Below the pieces are notes generated by a model. It did no database searches and was not told the origin of the DNA. It worked only from the letters and a program-made list of their open reading frames with translations. Of a stretch of DNA of 64,000 bases, positions 37,982-47,774 are shown piece after piece (the stretch's first letter is position 1; every line of letters begins with the position of its first letter). The position numbers were made by a program, and so were the translations under genes. This stretch comes from an uncultured Actinomycetes bacterium (lineage in GTDB: Bacteria > Chloroflexota > Dormibacteria > Aeolococcales > Aeolococcaceae): contig CAZUDL010000002.1 in assembly GCA_964618935.1 (NCBI GenBank), positions 13,915 through 77,914 on the forward strand, written 5' to 3'.

Positions 37982-40627
37982 ATGGTCGTGCTCACCACGC
38001 TGGCCCACGGTGCCACTGGCATCGATGCTCGGGCTCTCTTCGCCTCCCGTTTGTCCGAGGTCGGCCACCTCACCGCGTCGTTCACGGACGACGAGCCGCC
38101 GCAGGTGCGGCTCGCCCTCCCGGACCTCGCCCTCCAGTGCGTCCTCCAGCCGGCTCCGGGCGGCGACCCCCGCCATCTGGCGCTTCGCGTCCTCTCTCTG
38201 AAGCCGGTGAGCGACCATCCCGAGGGGGCCAAGGTCCTCACCCTGACCACCCGCGAGCCGGTGGTCACCGCCGCCAACGGTGTGCCCAGCGACACCTTCC
38301 GGATCTTCGACTGGCGCGACGCCGCCGCCAAGGCGGCGAAGAGCGAGCGCCTCTACGCCACCCTGAAGCTGGTCGAGAGGCTGGAATCCGCGGAGAAGGG
38401 CAGGGCGCAGACGCAGCGGACCCGGTACGCCTCCGCCCGCGAGTACTGGCGATGCAAGACCTGCCGGGCCCTGTGGCGCCCGGCGGAGCACACCCGCTGC
38501 CCCTCCTGCGGGCGGGAGTTCGGAGACGCCGACCGCCGCCAGCCGGAGATCGCCAAGGTCGAGTTCACGGTTCCCGAGGGCGAGCCCATCAATCTCGCCC
38601 CGGACGCGGCCGTGCTCGTCGAGCCGGAGGACGAGCCGAACTTCGTGGGCCGTGTCTCCCGCATCGACCACCACCGCCACACCGTGGAGGTGACCACCCG
38701 CACCTTCGAGCACGCGGGCAGTGAGGGCTACATCACACCGTCGTTCAACCGCGCCCTCTACCAGGCCAAGCGCTCGGTGCTCGCCGCCATCGCGACGCGG
38801 GACTTCGGCGTCGGGCTCCTCGCCCAGGTCTTGGTCGCCCCCGAGACGATCCAGGCCCCCGTCCACATCCCGGCCGATCTACCCAGCGGCTGGCTGACCG
38901 ACGGCATGCAGGCGAACCCCCCGCAGGACCGCGCCGTCGCCCTCCTCTCCGGGCTCCAGGCGGGCCAGGCGGTCTTCATCCAGGGCCCCCCCGGGACCGG
39001 CAAGACCACCGTCATCGTCGAGGCGGTCAAGCGGCGCCTCGCCGCCGACCCCGACGAGCGGATCCTCGTCACCTCCCACTCCAACCTCGCCGTCGACAAC
39101 GCCCTGGAGCGTCTCGCCGGGACCCCGGGGATGCGGGCGGTCCGGGTGGCCCGCGCCGAGCGCGTGCATCCGGCGGTGGAGCGCTTCCGCTGCGACGACG
39201 AGGACGACCCCCGGCTGCTCGAGGCCAACTGCTACTTCGCCACCTGCGCGACCGCCGCCACCTCGGCGATCACGGATATGAACTTCGACGTGGTGATCCT
39301 CGACGAGGCGAACAAGGCGCGGGTCGACGAGGCGCTCCCGGCGCTGCGCCTCGGCTCCTGCCTCGCCCTGGTCGGCGACCACAAGCAGCTGCCCCCCGTC
39401 GAGGACGACTCCCTGTACGGCATCGTCGAGACCGACCCCTTCCTGGAGGAGCTGGTCAACGACTCGCTCTTCGAGATGGCGTGGGAGGGAGGCCTCCCCA
39501 CCGACGCGCGCTGCCTTCTGACCATCCAGCACCGCATGCATCCCCAGATCGCGGCCTACGTCTCGCGGGCCTCCTACGAGGGCCAGCTGGAGGACGCCCC
39601 GGAGGTGCAGGCCTACGACTTCATCACCCGCCGGCCCTTCCCCGTGGCCCTCCATTTCGTCGACACCGACGGCATGCGGGGGAGCCGGGAGCGGCGCGGA
39701 CCGGGTGGGGCGCTGCGCAACGAGACGGAGGTGCGCGTCGCCGCGCACGTCGTCAGGCTGCTCGACGAGCGCTGCCCTCGCGACCTGAGCATGGCGGTCA
39801 TCGCCATGTACGCCGAGCAGGTGGAGCGTCTGCGGCAGGCGCTGGGCCGTCGCAAGTTCAAGCGCTCCGTGAAGATCGACACGGTGGACTCCTTCGAGGG
39901 CAGGGAGGAGGACATCGTCGTCATCTCCCTGGTCCGCTCCAACGAGCGGGGCCGCATCGGGTTCCTCCGCGTGCCCAACCGTCTCAACGTCGCCATCTCA
40001 AGAGCCAAGCGGCTGGTCGCATGCATCGGCGACGCGGACACGCTCCGATCCGGTGAGGAGTCCATGTATGGGGTCCTCGTCGAAGCCGCCCGCGCCGGCG
40101 GCGGCTACATGCACGCGGCCGACGTGGTCTCACCGCCGAAGCGGCGCAGCGGGGGGCAGCATGGCGAGGAGGCCGCGCCCGCCGCAGGCGAGGGCACACC
40201 GGGCCGTCGTCGCCGCCGTCACCGCCGCCGCGGCCAGGGGCCGATCTCCGGGGTTGGCCAGCCGCGGCCGCCGGCGGGCCCGGAGGGGGAGCACCCGCAG
40301 GGGACGCCCGCGACCGGCGATACGCCGGGCGCCGACCAGGCCCCGCGCCGCCGGCGCCGGCGCCGGCGCCGCCACGGGCCCCGCCCCGAGCTGGGCGCCG
40401 CCCCCGGAGCGCAGCCGGGCTCCGCCCCGGGCACGTCGGAGGGTCATGTCGCGACCGGTGACCCCGCCTCCGAGGCGGTCGGCCTGCACTTCGAGGCCGA
40501 GGGGACGATGAGCTTCCGCCCGCGCCACCACCGCCGCCACGGGCCGGGGCCCGGCGGTGCGAACCCGGGTGGGACGCCCGATGGAGGCCCCGAGGAGCCG
40601 CCGTCGCCGCTGGCGGCGGAGGCATAG
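37982..40627 (+). CDS. Upf1-like SF1B helicase (AAA_11/AAA_12) with N-terminal zinc-ribbon domain and Arg-rich C-terminal tail
   Basis: Motif I 'GPPGTGKT', motif II 'VILDEANKA', 'TIQHRMHPQI', 'VDSFEGREEDIVVISLVRSN', motif VI 'NRLNVAISRAKR'. N-terminal CxxC...CxxC ('CKTCRALW...CPSCGREF'). Alternative TTG start at 37826. The upstream part of the six-frame ORF from 36413 is antisense to the flippase and was excluded. Confidence 0.8.
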   Translation: MVVLTTLAHGATGIDARALFASRLSEVGHLTASFTDDEPPQVRLALPDLALQCVLQPAPGGDPRHLALRVLSLKPVSDHPEGAKVLTLTTREPVVTAANGVPSDTFRIFDWRDAAAKAAKSERLYATLKLVERLESAEKGRAQTQRTRYASAREYWRCKTCRALWRPAEHTRCPSCGREFGDADRRQPEIAKVEFTVPEGEPINLAPDAAVLVEPEDEPNFVGRVSRIDHHRHTVEVTTRTFEHAGSEGYITPSFNRALYQAKRSVLAAIATRDFGVGLLAQVLVAPETIQAPVHIPADLPSGWLTDGMQANPPQDRAVALLSGLQAGQAVFIQGPPGTGKTTVIVEAVKRRLAADPDERILVTSHSNLAVDNALERLAGTPGMRAVRVARAERVHPAVERFRCDDEDDPRLLEANCYFATCATAATSAITDMNFDVVILDEANKARVDEALPALRLGSCLALVGDHKQLPPVEDDSLYGIVETDPFLEELVNDSLFEMAWEGGLPTDARCLLTIQHRMHPQIAAYVSRASYEGQLEDAPEVQAYDFITRRPFPVALHFVDTDGMRGSRERRGPGGALRNETEVRVAAHVVRLLDERCPRDLSMAVIAMYAEQVERLRQALGRRKFKRSVKIDTVDSFEGREEDIVVISLVRSNERGRIGFLRVPNRLNVAISRAKRLVACIGDADTLRSGEESMYGVLVEAARAGGGYMHAADVVSPPKRRSGGQHGEEAAPAAGEGTPGRRRRRHRRRGQGPISGVGQPRPPAGPEGEHPQGTPATGDTPGADQAPRRRRRRRRRHGPRPELGAAPGAQPGSAPGTSEGHVATGDPASEAVGLHFEAEGTMSFRPRHHRRHGPGPGGANPGGTPDGGPEEPPSPLAAEA

Positions 40628-40639
40628 CCGGAGCGGGCC

Positions 40640-41239
40640 ATGGGCGACCAGGTGACCGTCTTCGTCCGCGCCGGCGATCCGGACTGCGCGGCGGCGATCC
40701 AGTACCTGACCAGCCGGGGAGTCGCCCACCGCGTCCGTGACATCCTCACCGACCCGTCGGCGAGCGCCATCCTCCTCGGACGGGTCGGCCGGGTTGCCGT
40801 CCCCGCCTTCCAGATCGGCGAGCGCCTCATCGTCGGCTTCGACCCGGTTCAGCTGAGCCGCTACCTGCCGCGCCCCGAGGGCGAGGCGGGGCCCGGTGTG
40901 AGCTTCGGAGCCGGCGTCCGAACCGTGAACGCCGCCATCGCGGCGGCCCACAAGCTGCCCGCCGCCTACGGGGTGGAGGTGGGGCCGGTGCGCGAGGGCT
41001 CCCCGGCCGCCGCCGCCGGGATCCGTCCCGGGGACGTCATCACCGCCATTGGCGCCTACACGCTGACCGGCGGCGAGTCCCAGTTCCGCACCGCCATCGC
41101 CGCCCGCCATCCCGGAGACGGCATGGCCATCACGGTCTGGCGCGACGACGGCATCCACGAGCTCGCCGTGCAGTTCCCGGTTGCCGAGACGGAAACCGGC
41201 GCCCCGGTCGGGGGAGACGGGGCGAACCGCACGGCCTGA
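40640..41239 (+). CDS. glutaredoxin-like (single-Cys 'DPDC') / PDZ domain fusion protein
   Basis: N-terminal thioredoxin-fold pattern ('VTVFVRAGDPDCAAAIQYL...VPAFQIGERLIVGFDPVQL'). C-terminal PDZ ('GVEVGPVREGSPAAAAGIRPGDVITAIG'). 13 bp after the helicase stop. Confidence 0.6.
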   Translation: MGDQVTVFVRAGDPDCAAAIQYLTSRGVAHRVRDILTDPSASAILLGRVGRVAVPAFQIGERLIVGFDPVQLSRYLPRPEGEAGPGVSFGAGVRTVNAAIAAAHKLPAAYGVEVGPVREGSPAAAAGIRPGDVITAIGAYTLTGGESQFRTAIAARHPGDGMAITVWRDDGIHELAVQFPVAETETGAPVGGDGANRTA

Positions 41240-41260
41240 GCGGAACGGCCCGGGCCGCGA

Positions 41261-41451
41261 CTACCAGCCGGGCGGGGGCTCGGAGCGGTTGAGCAGGCGC
41301 AGGAAGTCCTCGGCTCGCGCCACCGCCTCCCAGCGGCGGGCGAAGAAGTCCTGGCAGATGCTCCGGCCGTCGGCGAGGCTCGTCACCGTCACCGCCCACT
41401 GGTTCAGGGCCTTGGCCACCTCGACCTCGTGCGTCCCGGCGTCGTTGCGCA
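41261..41451 (-). CDS. possible small protein (63 aa)
   Basis: Only ORF in the 41240-41715 gap with non-degenerate composition. No Shine-Dalgarno motif. Confidence 0.2.
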
Positions 41452-41714
41452 TCAGGAGGCCGGATGGCGCCGGGCGGCGCGTGGTCCGTTCATTGCGTCG
41501 AGGAGATGCCATGGCCATCGCAAATGCCTCCACGGACGATCGGACCGGCAGAGCCGGCGGCGGAACCTCGGTGCTGATGTCCATCGCGGAGCGACGCCGA
41601 GCAGGGCACGCCGCCCGGCGCCCCACCGTTCATATTCTCGCGCATCCGCGCAGCCGAGAGAAAGTGCGGCACAGGACAGGCGCCACGTCCGCCGGCGCCG
41701 CTGCCCCGTCCCGC

Positions 41715-42716
41715 TCAGACGTCGAGGTGAAGCTGCCCTGAGTGTGACACAGACCGGTCGTCCGCCTGCCCCGGGGGCGGGACGGGCGCCGGCGGCTCGG
41801 GCGCGGCGGGCACCCAGTCCGGCAGGGCGCCGTCGCGTGCGGCCATGCGGCGCAGGATGGGCTCGGGCGGCCGGGGCAGGCTGGCGCCCAGCAGGTGGCC
41901 CATGTCGAACCCGTTGACCACGGCGTCGTTGCTGCGGTTGTTGTTCATGAGCACATGGACGGGGACTCCGCGGGCGGCGGCGGCCCTGATCGCCGGCACC
42001 CACTCGCTCAGCTCCGCCGGGGTGTAGAGGTAGTCGAAGCGCTCCCCCGTCGTCTTCACGCTCGCGTACCAGGTCCGCCGGTTGCGGCCGTGGAAGCGGA
42101 CCAGGGCGAGGCGCGGCGAGGTCACGGCCAGGAAGGGGGGCACCGTGCCGCTGCCCACCTGGGGCGCGTCCACGCCGACGAGGCTGCAGTCCAGCTCGGT
42201 GAGGAAGTCCTCGGTCCGGACCCCCGGCGTGTCGTCGAACCAGGAGCGGTGGCGGAACTCGATGGCGACGATGTCGTCGGGATGGCGCTCCCGGACCCTC
42301 AGCAGCTCGTCGCGGGCGGCTTGGGACTTCACGAACCAGGGCGGGAACTGATAGTGGAGGGCGCCCAACCTCCCGGCTTCCCGGAGCGGCCGCAGCGCTT
42401 CGAGGAAGTCCCGCTCCTCCTCCGCGGTGGGCGGCCGGGGCCTCCCCTGCTCCCGGTCGTGGCCGGTGAGGCTGCGATACGCCTTGACGTTGAAGCGGAA
42501 GGCGTCGGGGGTGCGCGCCACCCATCCCGCCACGGTGCGCGGCGTGGGGATCCCGTAGAAGCTGGAATCCACCTCCACCAGGGGGAAGTACCGAGCGTAG
42601 AAGGTGAGGCGCTCCTTCTGGCGGGCTCCACGCAGCTCCTTGGGATAGAAGTCCTCGTGGTCGAGCCAGTTGCAGGTGCCGATGAGGATCTCCGCCGGTG
42701 GTGCGCCCTCGCTCAC
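41715..42716 (-). CDS. DUF72 family protein (YecE-like)
   Basis: 'IGTCNWLD...FYARYFPLVEVDSSFY...FNVKA' DUF72 signature. Confidence 0.75.
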   Translation of the reverse strand: MSEGAPPAEILIGTCNWLDHEDFYPKELRGARQKERLTFYARYFPLVEVDSSFYGIPTPRTVAGWVARTPDAFRFNVKAYRSLTGHDREQGRPRPPTAEEERDFLEALRPLREAGRLGALHYQFPPWFVKSQAARDELLRVRERHPDDIVAIEFRHRSWFDDTPGVRTEDFLTELDCSLVGVDAPQVGSGTVPPFLAVTSPRLALVRFHGRNRRTWYASVKTTGERFDYLYTPAELSEWVPAIRAAAARGVPVHVLMNNNRSNDAVVNGFDMGHLLGASLPRPPEPILRRMAARDGALPDWVPAAPEPPAPVPPPGQADDRSVSHSGQLHLDV

Positions 42717-42834
42717 GAGCAGACACCGTACCTCCCGCGGCCACCCCGGGGACGGCGGGCGGTTCTGGCCCTGCAGTCCTATCCGGGCGCGTCAGACTGG
42801 CCACCGAGGCGCATGGGGGCCGACATAACGGATC

Positions 42835-43659
42835 ATGAGCGCCGTGAGTGCCCCAGCCTCGGCCCCGGCGCGCCGTTCCACCGACCTCCTCCATCTCGCC
42901 ATCGCCGCGGCCGAGGCGGCCGGGCGTGTGATCACCGGCACCCGCGCCTCGGGCCTTCCGGTGACCGCCGAGTCCAAGGGCCTCGGAGACTGGGTGACCA
43001 GCGTGGACCGGGACGCCGAGGCGGCGGCCACCTCCATTCTCCGCGTCGCCACGCCGGAGATCCCCATCCTCGCCGAGGAGGCGGGGGGCCGGCGCGCCGA
43101 GCGCCTCTGGGTCGTGGACCCCCTCGACGGGACGACGAACTTCGTCCGCGGGTTCCCCATGGTCGGGGTCAGCGTCGCCCTCATGGAGGCCGGTGAGCCG
43201 ACCGTCGGCGTGGTGATCGCGCCGGAGCTGGGAGCCCGATGGGTGGCGCAGCGGGGCCTGGGCGCCTTCGACCGCTCGGGTCGCCGCCTCGACCTCCGCG
43301 GCAGCCCCGCGGCAGGGGTGACGGCGACCGGCTTCCCCTTCCGCCATCCCGAATGGCACGGGCGATACCTGACGGTGATGAACGCGGCCCTCGGCGAATT
43401 CGAGGACCTGCGCCGGGCGGGCGCCGCCTCCCTCGACCTCGCCTACTGCGCCAGCTCCGTGTGGAGCGGCTACTTTGAGCTGGGGCTCGGGCTGTGGGAC
43501 TTCGCCGCGGGGGCGCTGCTGGTTCGCGAGGCGGGCGGGGTGGTGAGCGACTGGAAGGGGGACGAGAGAGCCGTCTTCGACAGCGGCGACATCGTCGCCG
43601 GCAATCCCGACTGGCACGCGCGGATGCTGGAACTCATCCGGCGGGTGGAGGAGGAGTGA
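42835..43659 (+). CDS. inositol monophosphatase family protein (SuhB/ImpA-like)
   Basis: 'ILAEE...', 'WVVDPLDGTTNF' and 'WDFAAG' IMPase motifs. Confidence 0.85.
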   Translation: MSAVSAPASAPARRSTDLLHLAIAAAEAAGRVITGTRASGLPVTAESKGLGDWVTSVDRDAEAAATSILRVATPEIPILAEEAGGRRAERLWVVDPLDGTTNFVRGFPMVGVSVALMEAGEPTVGVVIAPELGARWVAQRGLGAFDRSGRRLDLRGSPAAGVTATGFPFRHPEWHGRYLTVMNAALGEFEDLRRAGAASLDLAYCASSVWSGYFELGLGLWDFAAGALLVREAGGVVSDWKGDERAVFDSGDIVAGNPDWHARMLELIRRVEEE

Positions 43660-43705
43660 TGCGCGATCGTAACCTGCCCCGGCCCCGCCGATTCAACCAG
43701 CGACC

Positions 43706-44533
43706 GTGAGGGACGCCGCCGTGACCACCCCGACGCTGCTTGCGGGCAAGCGCATCCTCGTGACCGGGGTGCTGACCCCGAAGAGCATCGCGTACGCCGT
43801 CGCTGACGCCTGCGTCCGGGACGGGGCCGAGGTGGTCCTCACCTCGTTCGGTCGGGCCATGAGCCTGACCGAGCGCAGCGCCACGCGGCTCGGCCTGACG
43901 GGGCCGGTGCTGGAGATGGACGCCACCCGGGCCGATCAGGTGGCCGCCGCCGCCGAGGTGGTCCGCGAGCGCTTGGGCGGCGTCGACGGGGTCGTCCACG
44001 CCATCGGCTACGCGCCCGCCGACGCCATGGGTGGGAACTTCATGTCGACGCCCTGGGAGTCGGTGGCGACCACCATCCACACCTCCGCCTTCAGCCTCAA
44101 GACGCTGGCGGACGCCTTCGCTCCCCTCATGCCGGAGCGCGGAGGGTCCTTCGTGACCATGACCTTCGACGCGACCGTCGCCTGGCCCGTCTACGACTGG
44201 ATGGGCCCGGCCAAGGCGGCTCTCGAGTCCATCGTTCGCTACCTCGCCCGCTACCTCGGGCTGCGGGGCATCCGCATCAACTCCCTGTCGGCAGGGCCGC
44301 TGGACACGGTGGCGGCGAAGTCCATTCCCGGAGTCGGGGACATCAAGGACGCCTGGGGCAGGGTGGCGCCGATCGGCTGGGACACCTCCGACGCCAGCCC
44401 GGTCGCCGACACCACCGTCTTCCTGCTCAGCGATCTCGCCCGGGCGATCACCGGGGAGATGATCCACGTCGACGGCGGGTTCCACAGCCAGGGAGCGCCG
44501 GTCCGCCCGGCTCCCGGCGAGAGCGTGCCGTGA
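43706..44533 (+). CDS. fabI: enoyl-[acyl-carrier-protein] reductase (NADH), FabI/InhA-like
   Basis: 'LLAGKRILVTGV...SIAYA' nucleotide-binding region. Catalytic 'Y..M.PAKAALE' dyad. Directly upstream of fabF. Confidence 0.8.
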   Translation: MRDAAVTTPTLLAGKRILVTGVLTPKSIAYAVADACVRDGAEVVLTSFGRAMSLTERSATRLGLTGPVLEMDATRADQVAAAAEVVRERLGGVDGVVHAIGYAPADAMGGNFMSTPWESVATTIHTSAFSLKTLADAFAPLMPERGGSFVTMTFDATVAWPVYDWMGPAKAALESIVRYLARYLGLRGIRINSLSAGPLDTVAAKSIPGVGDIKDAWGRVAPIGWDTSDASPVADTTVFLLSDLARAITGEMIHVDGGFHSQGAPVRPAPGESVP

Positions 44534-45786
44534 GCCGCGACGCCGGCGGGCGGGTCCGCGTCGTCGTCACCGGGTTGGGCGCGATCACCCCGATCGGCAA
44601 CGACGTCGCCGCCAGCTGGGAGGCATGCCGGAACGGCCGGTCCGGCATCGTCCCCATCTCCCTGTGCGACGTCTCCGACTTCGCCACCCAGATCGCCGGC
44701 GAGGTGAAGGGCTTCGATCCGGCGGACCACCTGGGTCTCAAGGAGGCGCGCCGCACCTCGCGCTGCGTGGCCCTGGCGCTGGCCGCCGCCCGCGAGGCAG
44801 TCACCGACTCGGGCCTCGACGTCCGCGCCATCTCCGACGACGTGGGCGTGCTGCTCGCCTCGGGGATCGGCGGCCTGGAGTGGCTGGAGAACGCCGTCCT
44901 GCGTCTCAACGAGATGGGCCCGCGGCGGGTGTCCCCCTTCACCATCCCGGCGATGATCCCGGATATGGCGGCCGGGAGGGTCGCCATCGAGTTCGCCGCC
45001 CGCGGTCCCAACTTCGCGGCGGTCTCCGCCTGCGCCTCGGCGGGCAACGCCATCGGCGAGGCGTCGGAGTGGATCCGGCGGGGCGACGCCACGGCCGTGA
45101 TCACGGGCGGCACCGAGGCGGCGATCTGCCGCATCGGCATCGCCACCTTCAACGCCATGGGGGCGCTCTCCACGCGCAACGCCGAGCCGGAGCGGGCCTC
45201 GCGGCCCTTCGACAAGGGGCGCGACGGCTTCGTCATGGGGGAGGGCGCCGGGATCCTCGTGATCGAGGAGGAGGAGCACGCGCGCCGCCGCGGCGCCCAC
45301 ATCTATGCCGAGGTGGTGGGGTACGGCGCCACCGACGACGCCGTGGACATCGTGCAGCCCGACCCCAAGGGCGGGGGAGCCTGCCGCAGCGTGCAGCGGG
45401 CCCTGGCCCGGGCGCGGCGCACCCCCGACGAGGTCGACTACATCAACGCCCACGGGACGTCCACCCAGCTGAACGACGCGGCGGAGACCCGCGCCATCAA
45501 GATGGCGCTCGGTGAGCGCGCCCGCACCGTGCCGATGAGCTCGACGAAGTCGATGACGGGGCACCTCCTGGGCGCCGCCGGCGGCATCGAGGCGATCTTC
45601 TCCATCCTGGCCATCCGCGACCAGTACGTCCCGCCGACGATCAACCTGGACGACCCCGACCCGGAGTGCGACCTCGACTACGTCGCCAACACCGGCCGGG
45701 CAGCCCGTGTCGATCTCGCCATCAGCACCAGCTTCGGCTTCGGCGGGCACAACGCCTGCCTGGCCTTCGCCGCCGCCGAGGACTGA
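44530..45786 (+). CDS. fabF: 3-oxoacyl-[ACP] synthase II
   Basis: Active-site Cys 'AAVSACASAGNAIG'. His-His 'INAHGTST' and 'SMTGHLLGAAG'. C-terminal 'FGFGGHNACL'. Confidence 0.9.
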   Translation: MSRDAGGRVRVVVTGLGAITPIGNDVAASWEACRNGRSGIVPISLCDVSDFATQIAGEVKGFDPADHLGLKEARRTSRCVALALAAAREAVTDSGLDVRAISDDVGVLLASGIGGLEWLENAVLRLNEMGPRRVSPFTIPAMIPDMAAGRVAIEFAARGPNFAAVSACASAGNAIGEASEWIRRGDATAVITGGTEAAICRIGIATFNAMGALSTRNAEPERASRPFDKGRDGFVMGEGAGILVIEEEEHARRRGAHIYAEVVGYGATDDAVDIVQPDPKGGGACRSVQRALARARRTPDEVDYINAHGTSTQLNDAAETRAIKMALGERARTVPMSSTKSMTGHLLGAAGGIEAIFSILAIRDQYVPPTINLDDPDPECDLDYVANTGRAARVDLAISTSFGFGGHNACLAFAAAED

Positions 45787-46028
45787 GCCTCCCCGGGCAC
45801 CGGCCAGCCGCCGCGGCTGAGGGCCGGGCGCGGGCCGACCGGGGCGAGGACCCGAGGGTCGCCCCGCCCCGCGTTGTCGGCCCGTGGCGCAAGAGACGCC
45901 GCGCTCACGTCCACATCCGATCTCCAGGCGGGGGATCGAACAGTCGCGGGGACCGCTGGCACTCTGTCACAGGGGAGACTTGAGACCGTCACGACGGGAG
46001 GAGCAAGGGCTTCCTATGCTCCCCTCAG

Positions 46029-47666
46029 ATGCCTAAGCCCACCGCTCCCGTCAAACCTATCTTCCGGTACCTCGCCAGGCCGGCGTTCGGCGTCGGGGCC
46101 CTGGCCACCGCCGCCGTCAGTCTTGGGGTCTTCTGCGTCGTCCTCGGCCTGAGGGGCGCCGCCAACGCGGGAGCCGTCGCCGGCATCGTCGGCCTGGCGC
46201 TCGGGCTCGCCGCGGCAACCCTCCACCTCCAGCGCCTGCACGCCGAGCTGGCGCGGCACCGGGGTGAGATGGAGGGCCTGGGGAACATGGACGCGCTGAC
46301 GGGCGTGGCCAACCGCACCGCCTTCGAGCGCGAGCTGGACCGGCACTGCAAGCCGGGTGCCGACCTGGCGCTGATGCTCATCGACGTCGACAACCTCCGC
46401 TCCGTCAACGACAGCCTCGGGTACGGCATCGGCGACGCCGTCCTCCAGGGCACCGCCCGCCGCATCCAGGCGTGCGTCCGGACCACCGACATGGTGTGTC
46501 GGCTGAGTGGCGACGAGTTCGCGGTGCTCCTGCCGCGGGTGGGTGGAGTCGCCAACGCGGAGACCATCGCCCGGCGCATCGTGGACGCCGTGCAGCGGCC
46601 GCACGCGGCGGCGCTCCACAACTGCACCGTCGGGGCCAGCATGGGTGTCGCCATGGCGGGGACCGACCCGCACGCCGGCGAGCTCCTCCGCAACGCCGAC
46701 GTCGCCCTTCTGTCGGCCAAGCAGGCCGGGAAGCGCCGCTACGTCGTCTACTGCCCCCAGCTGCATTCCAGCGAGATGGAGCGCCTCACCTTCGAGCGAG
46801 AACTGCGCACCGCGCTGGACCAGAACCAATTCGTCCTGCACTACCAGCCGATGGTCGATTCGGCGAACGGCCGGATCCTCGGCGTCGAGGCGCTGGTGCG
46901 CTGGCATCATCCTGACCGCGGACTGGTGCCACCCCTCGACTTCATCCCGGTCGCCGAGGCCACCGGGCTGATCATCCCGCTGGGCGCGTGGGTGCTCCGC
47001 GAGGCCTGCACCCAGGCACAGCGCTGGCGGACGGCCAACGCCCGCTTCCAGGACTTCCTGCTCAGCGTCAACGTGTCGGCGCGCCAGCTGTTCGGCACCC
47101 AGCTGGAGAACGACGTCGTCGCCGCCCTCGCCGAGTCGGGTCTCGACCCGCACTGCCTGGTGCTGGAGATCGTCGAGTCGCAGATGATGGCCGACATCAG
47201 CGCGGCGCTGCGGCAGATCGCCTCCCTCAAGCAGATTGGCGTGCGCATCGCCATCGACGACTTCGGCACCGGCTACTCGTCGCTCGGCCAGCTGCAGAAC
47301 TTCCCCGTCGACTTCCTCAAGCTGGACAAGAGCTTCACCGACAACATCACCGAGTCCGCCAAGAGCCAGGAGCTGATGCGCACCGTGGCCCAGTTGAGCC
47401 GGTCGCTGGCCATCGCCACGGTCGCCGAGGGGGTGGAGACGGTGGAGCAGGCGGATGTGCTCCAGGCGCTCGACGTGAACCTCTGCCAGGGCTTCTTCTT
47501 CGCCCGGCCGATCGACGCGGAGAGCATCTCGTTGATGCTGCAGCGGGTCCGCCGCCTGCCCGAGCGCACGCCGGTCCGGGCCTCCGCACCCGCCCGCGGC
47601 GGCCAGCTGCTCAGCGTCCCGGTCCCCAAGGCCGCCCAGGTGGCGACACCCAACTCCCCGAACTGA
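46029..47666 (+). CDS. membrane-anchored GGDEF-EAL protein (degenerate 'SGDEF' cyclase site; intact EAL phosphodiesterase motifs)
   Basis: Two N-terminal transmembrane helices. GGDEF domain with 'RLSGDEF'. EAL domain with 'EALVRW', 'DDFGTGYSSL', 'KLDKSF'. Confidence 0.8.
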   Translation: MPKPTAPVKPIFRYLARPAFGVGALATAAVSLGVFCVVLGLRGAANAGAVAGIVGLALGLAAATLHLQRLHAELARHRGEMEGLGNMDALTGVANRTAFERELDRHCKPGADLALMLIDVDNLRSVNDSLGYGIGDAVLQGTARRIQACVRTTDMVCRLSGDEFAVLLPRVGGVANAETIARRIVDAVQRPHAAALHNCTVGASMGVAMAGTDPHAGELLRNADVALLSAKQAGKRRYVVYCPQLHSSEMERLTFERELRTALDQNQFVLHYQPMVDSANGRILGVEALVRWHHPDRGLVPPLDFIPVAEATGLIIPLGAWVLREACTQAQRWRTANARFQDFLLSVNVSARQLFGTQLENDVVAALAESGLDPHCLVLEIVESQMMADISAALRQIASLKQIGVRIAIDDFGTGYSSLGQLQNFPVDFLKLDKSFTDNITESAKSQELMRTVAQLSRSLAIATVAEGVETVEQADVLQALDVNLCQGFFFARPIDAESISLMLQRVRRLPERTPVRASAPARGGQLLSVPVPKAAQVATPNSPN

Positions 47667-47774
47667 GCCGCTCGGTGGCGGGGGTTCTCGGCCGCGGCCG
47701 GTTGCCGAAACGTCAAAGCTCCGTCACGCGGTCAGATCAACGCCGGGCCGCCCCGCACCGTAGCGTGACCTTCC

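Noticed and set aside
45915-45960. 'GGGGATCGAAC' resembling a tRNA T-loop (possible tRNA remnant or attachment site)
   Set aside because: The flanking sequence cannot form T-stem or acceptor pairing. It looks like a chance match.
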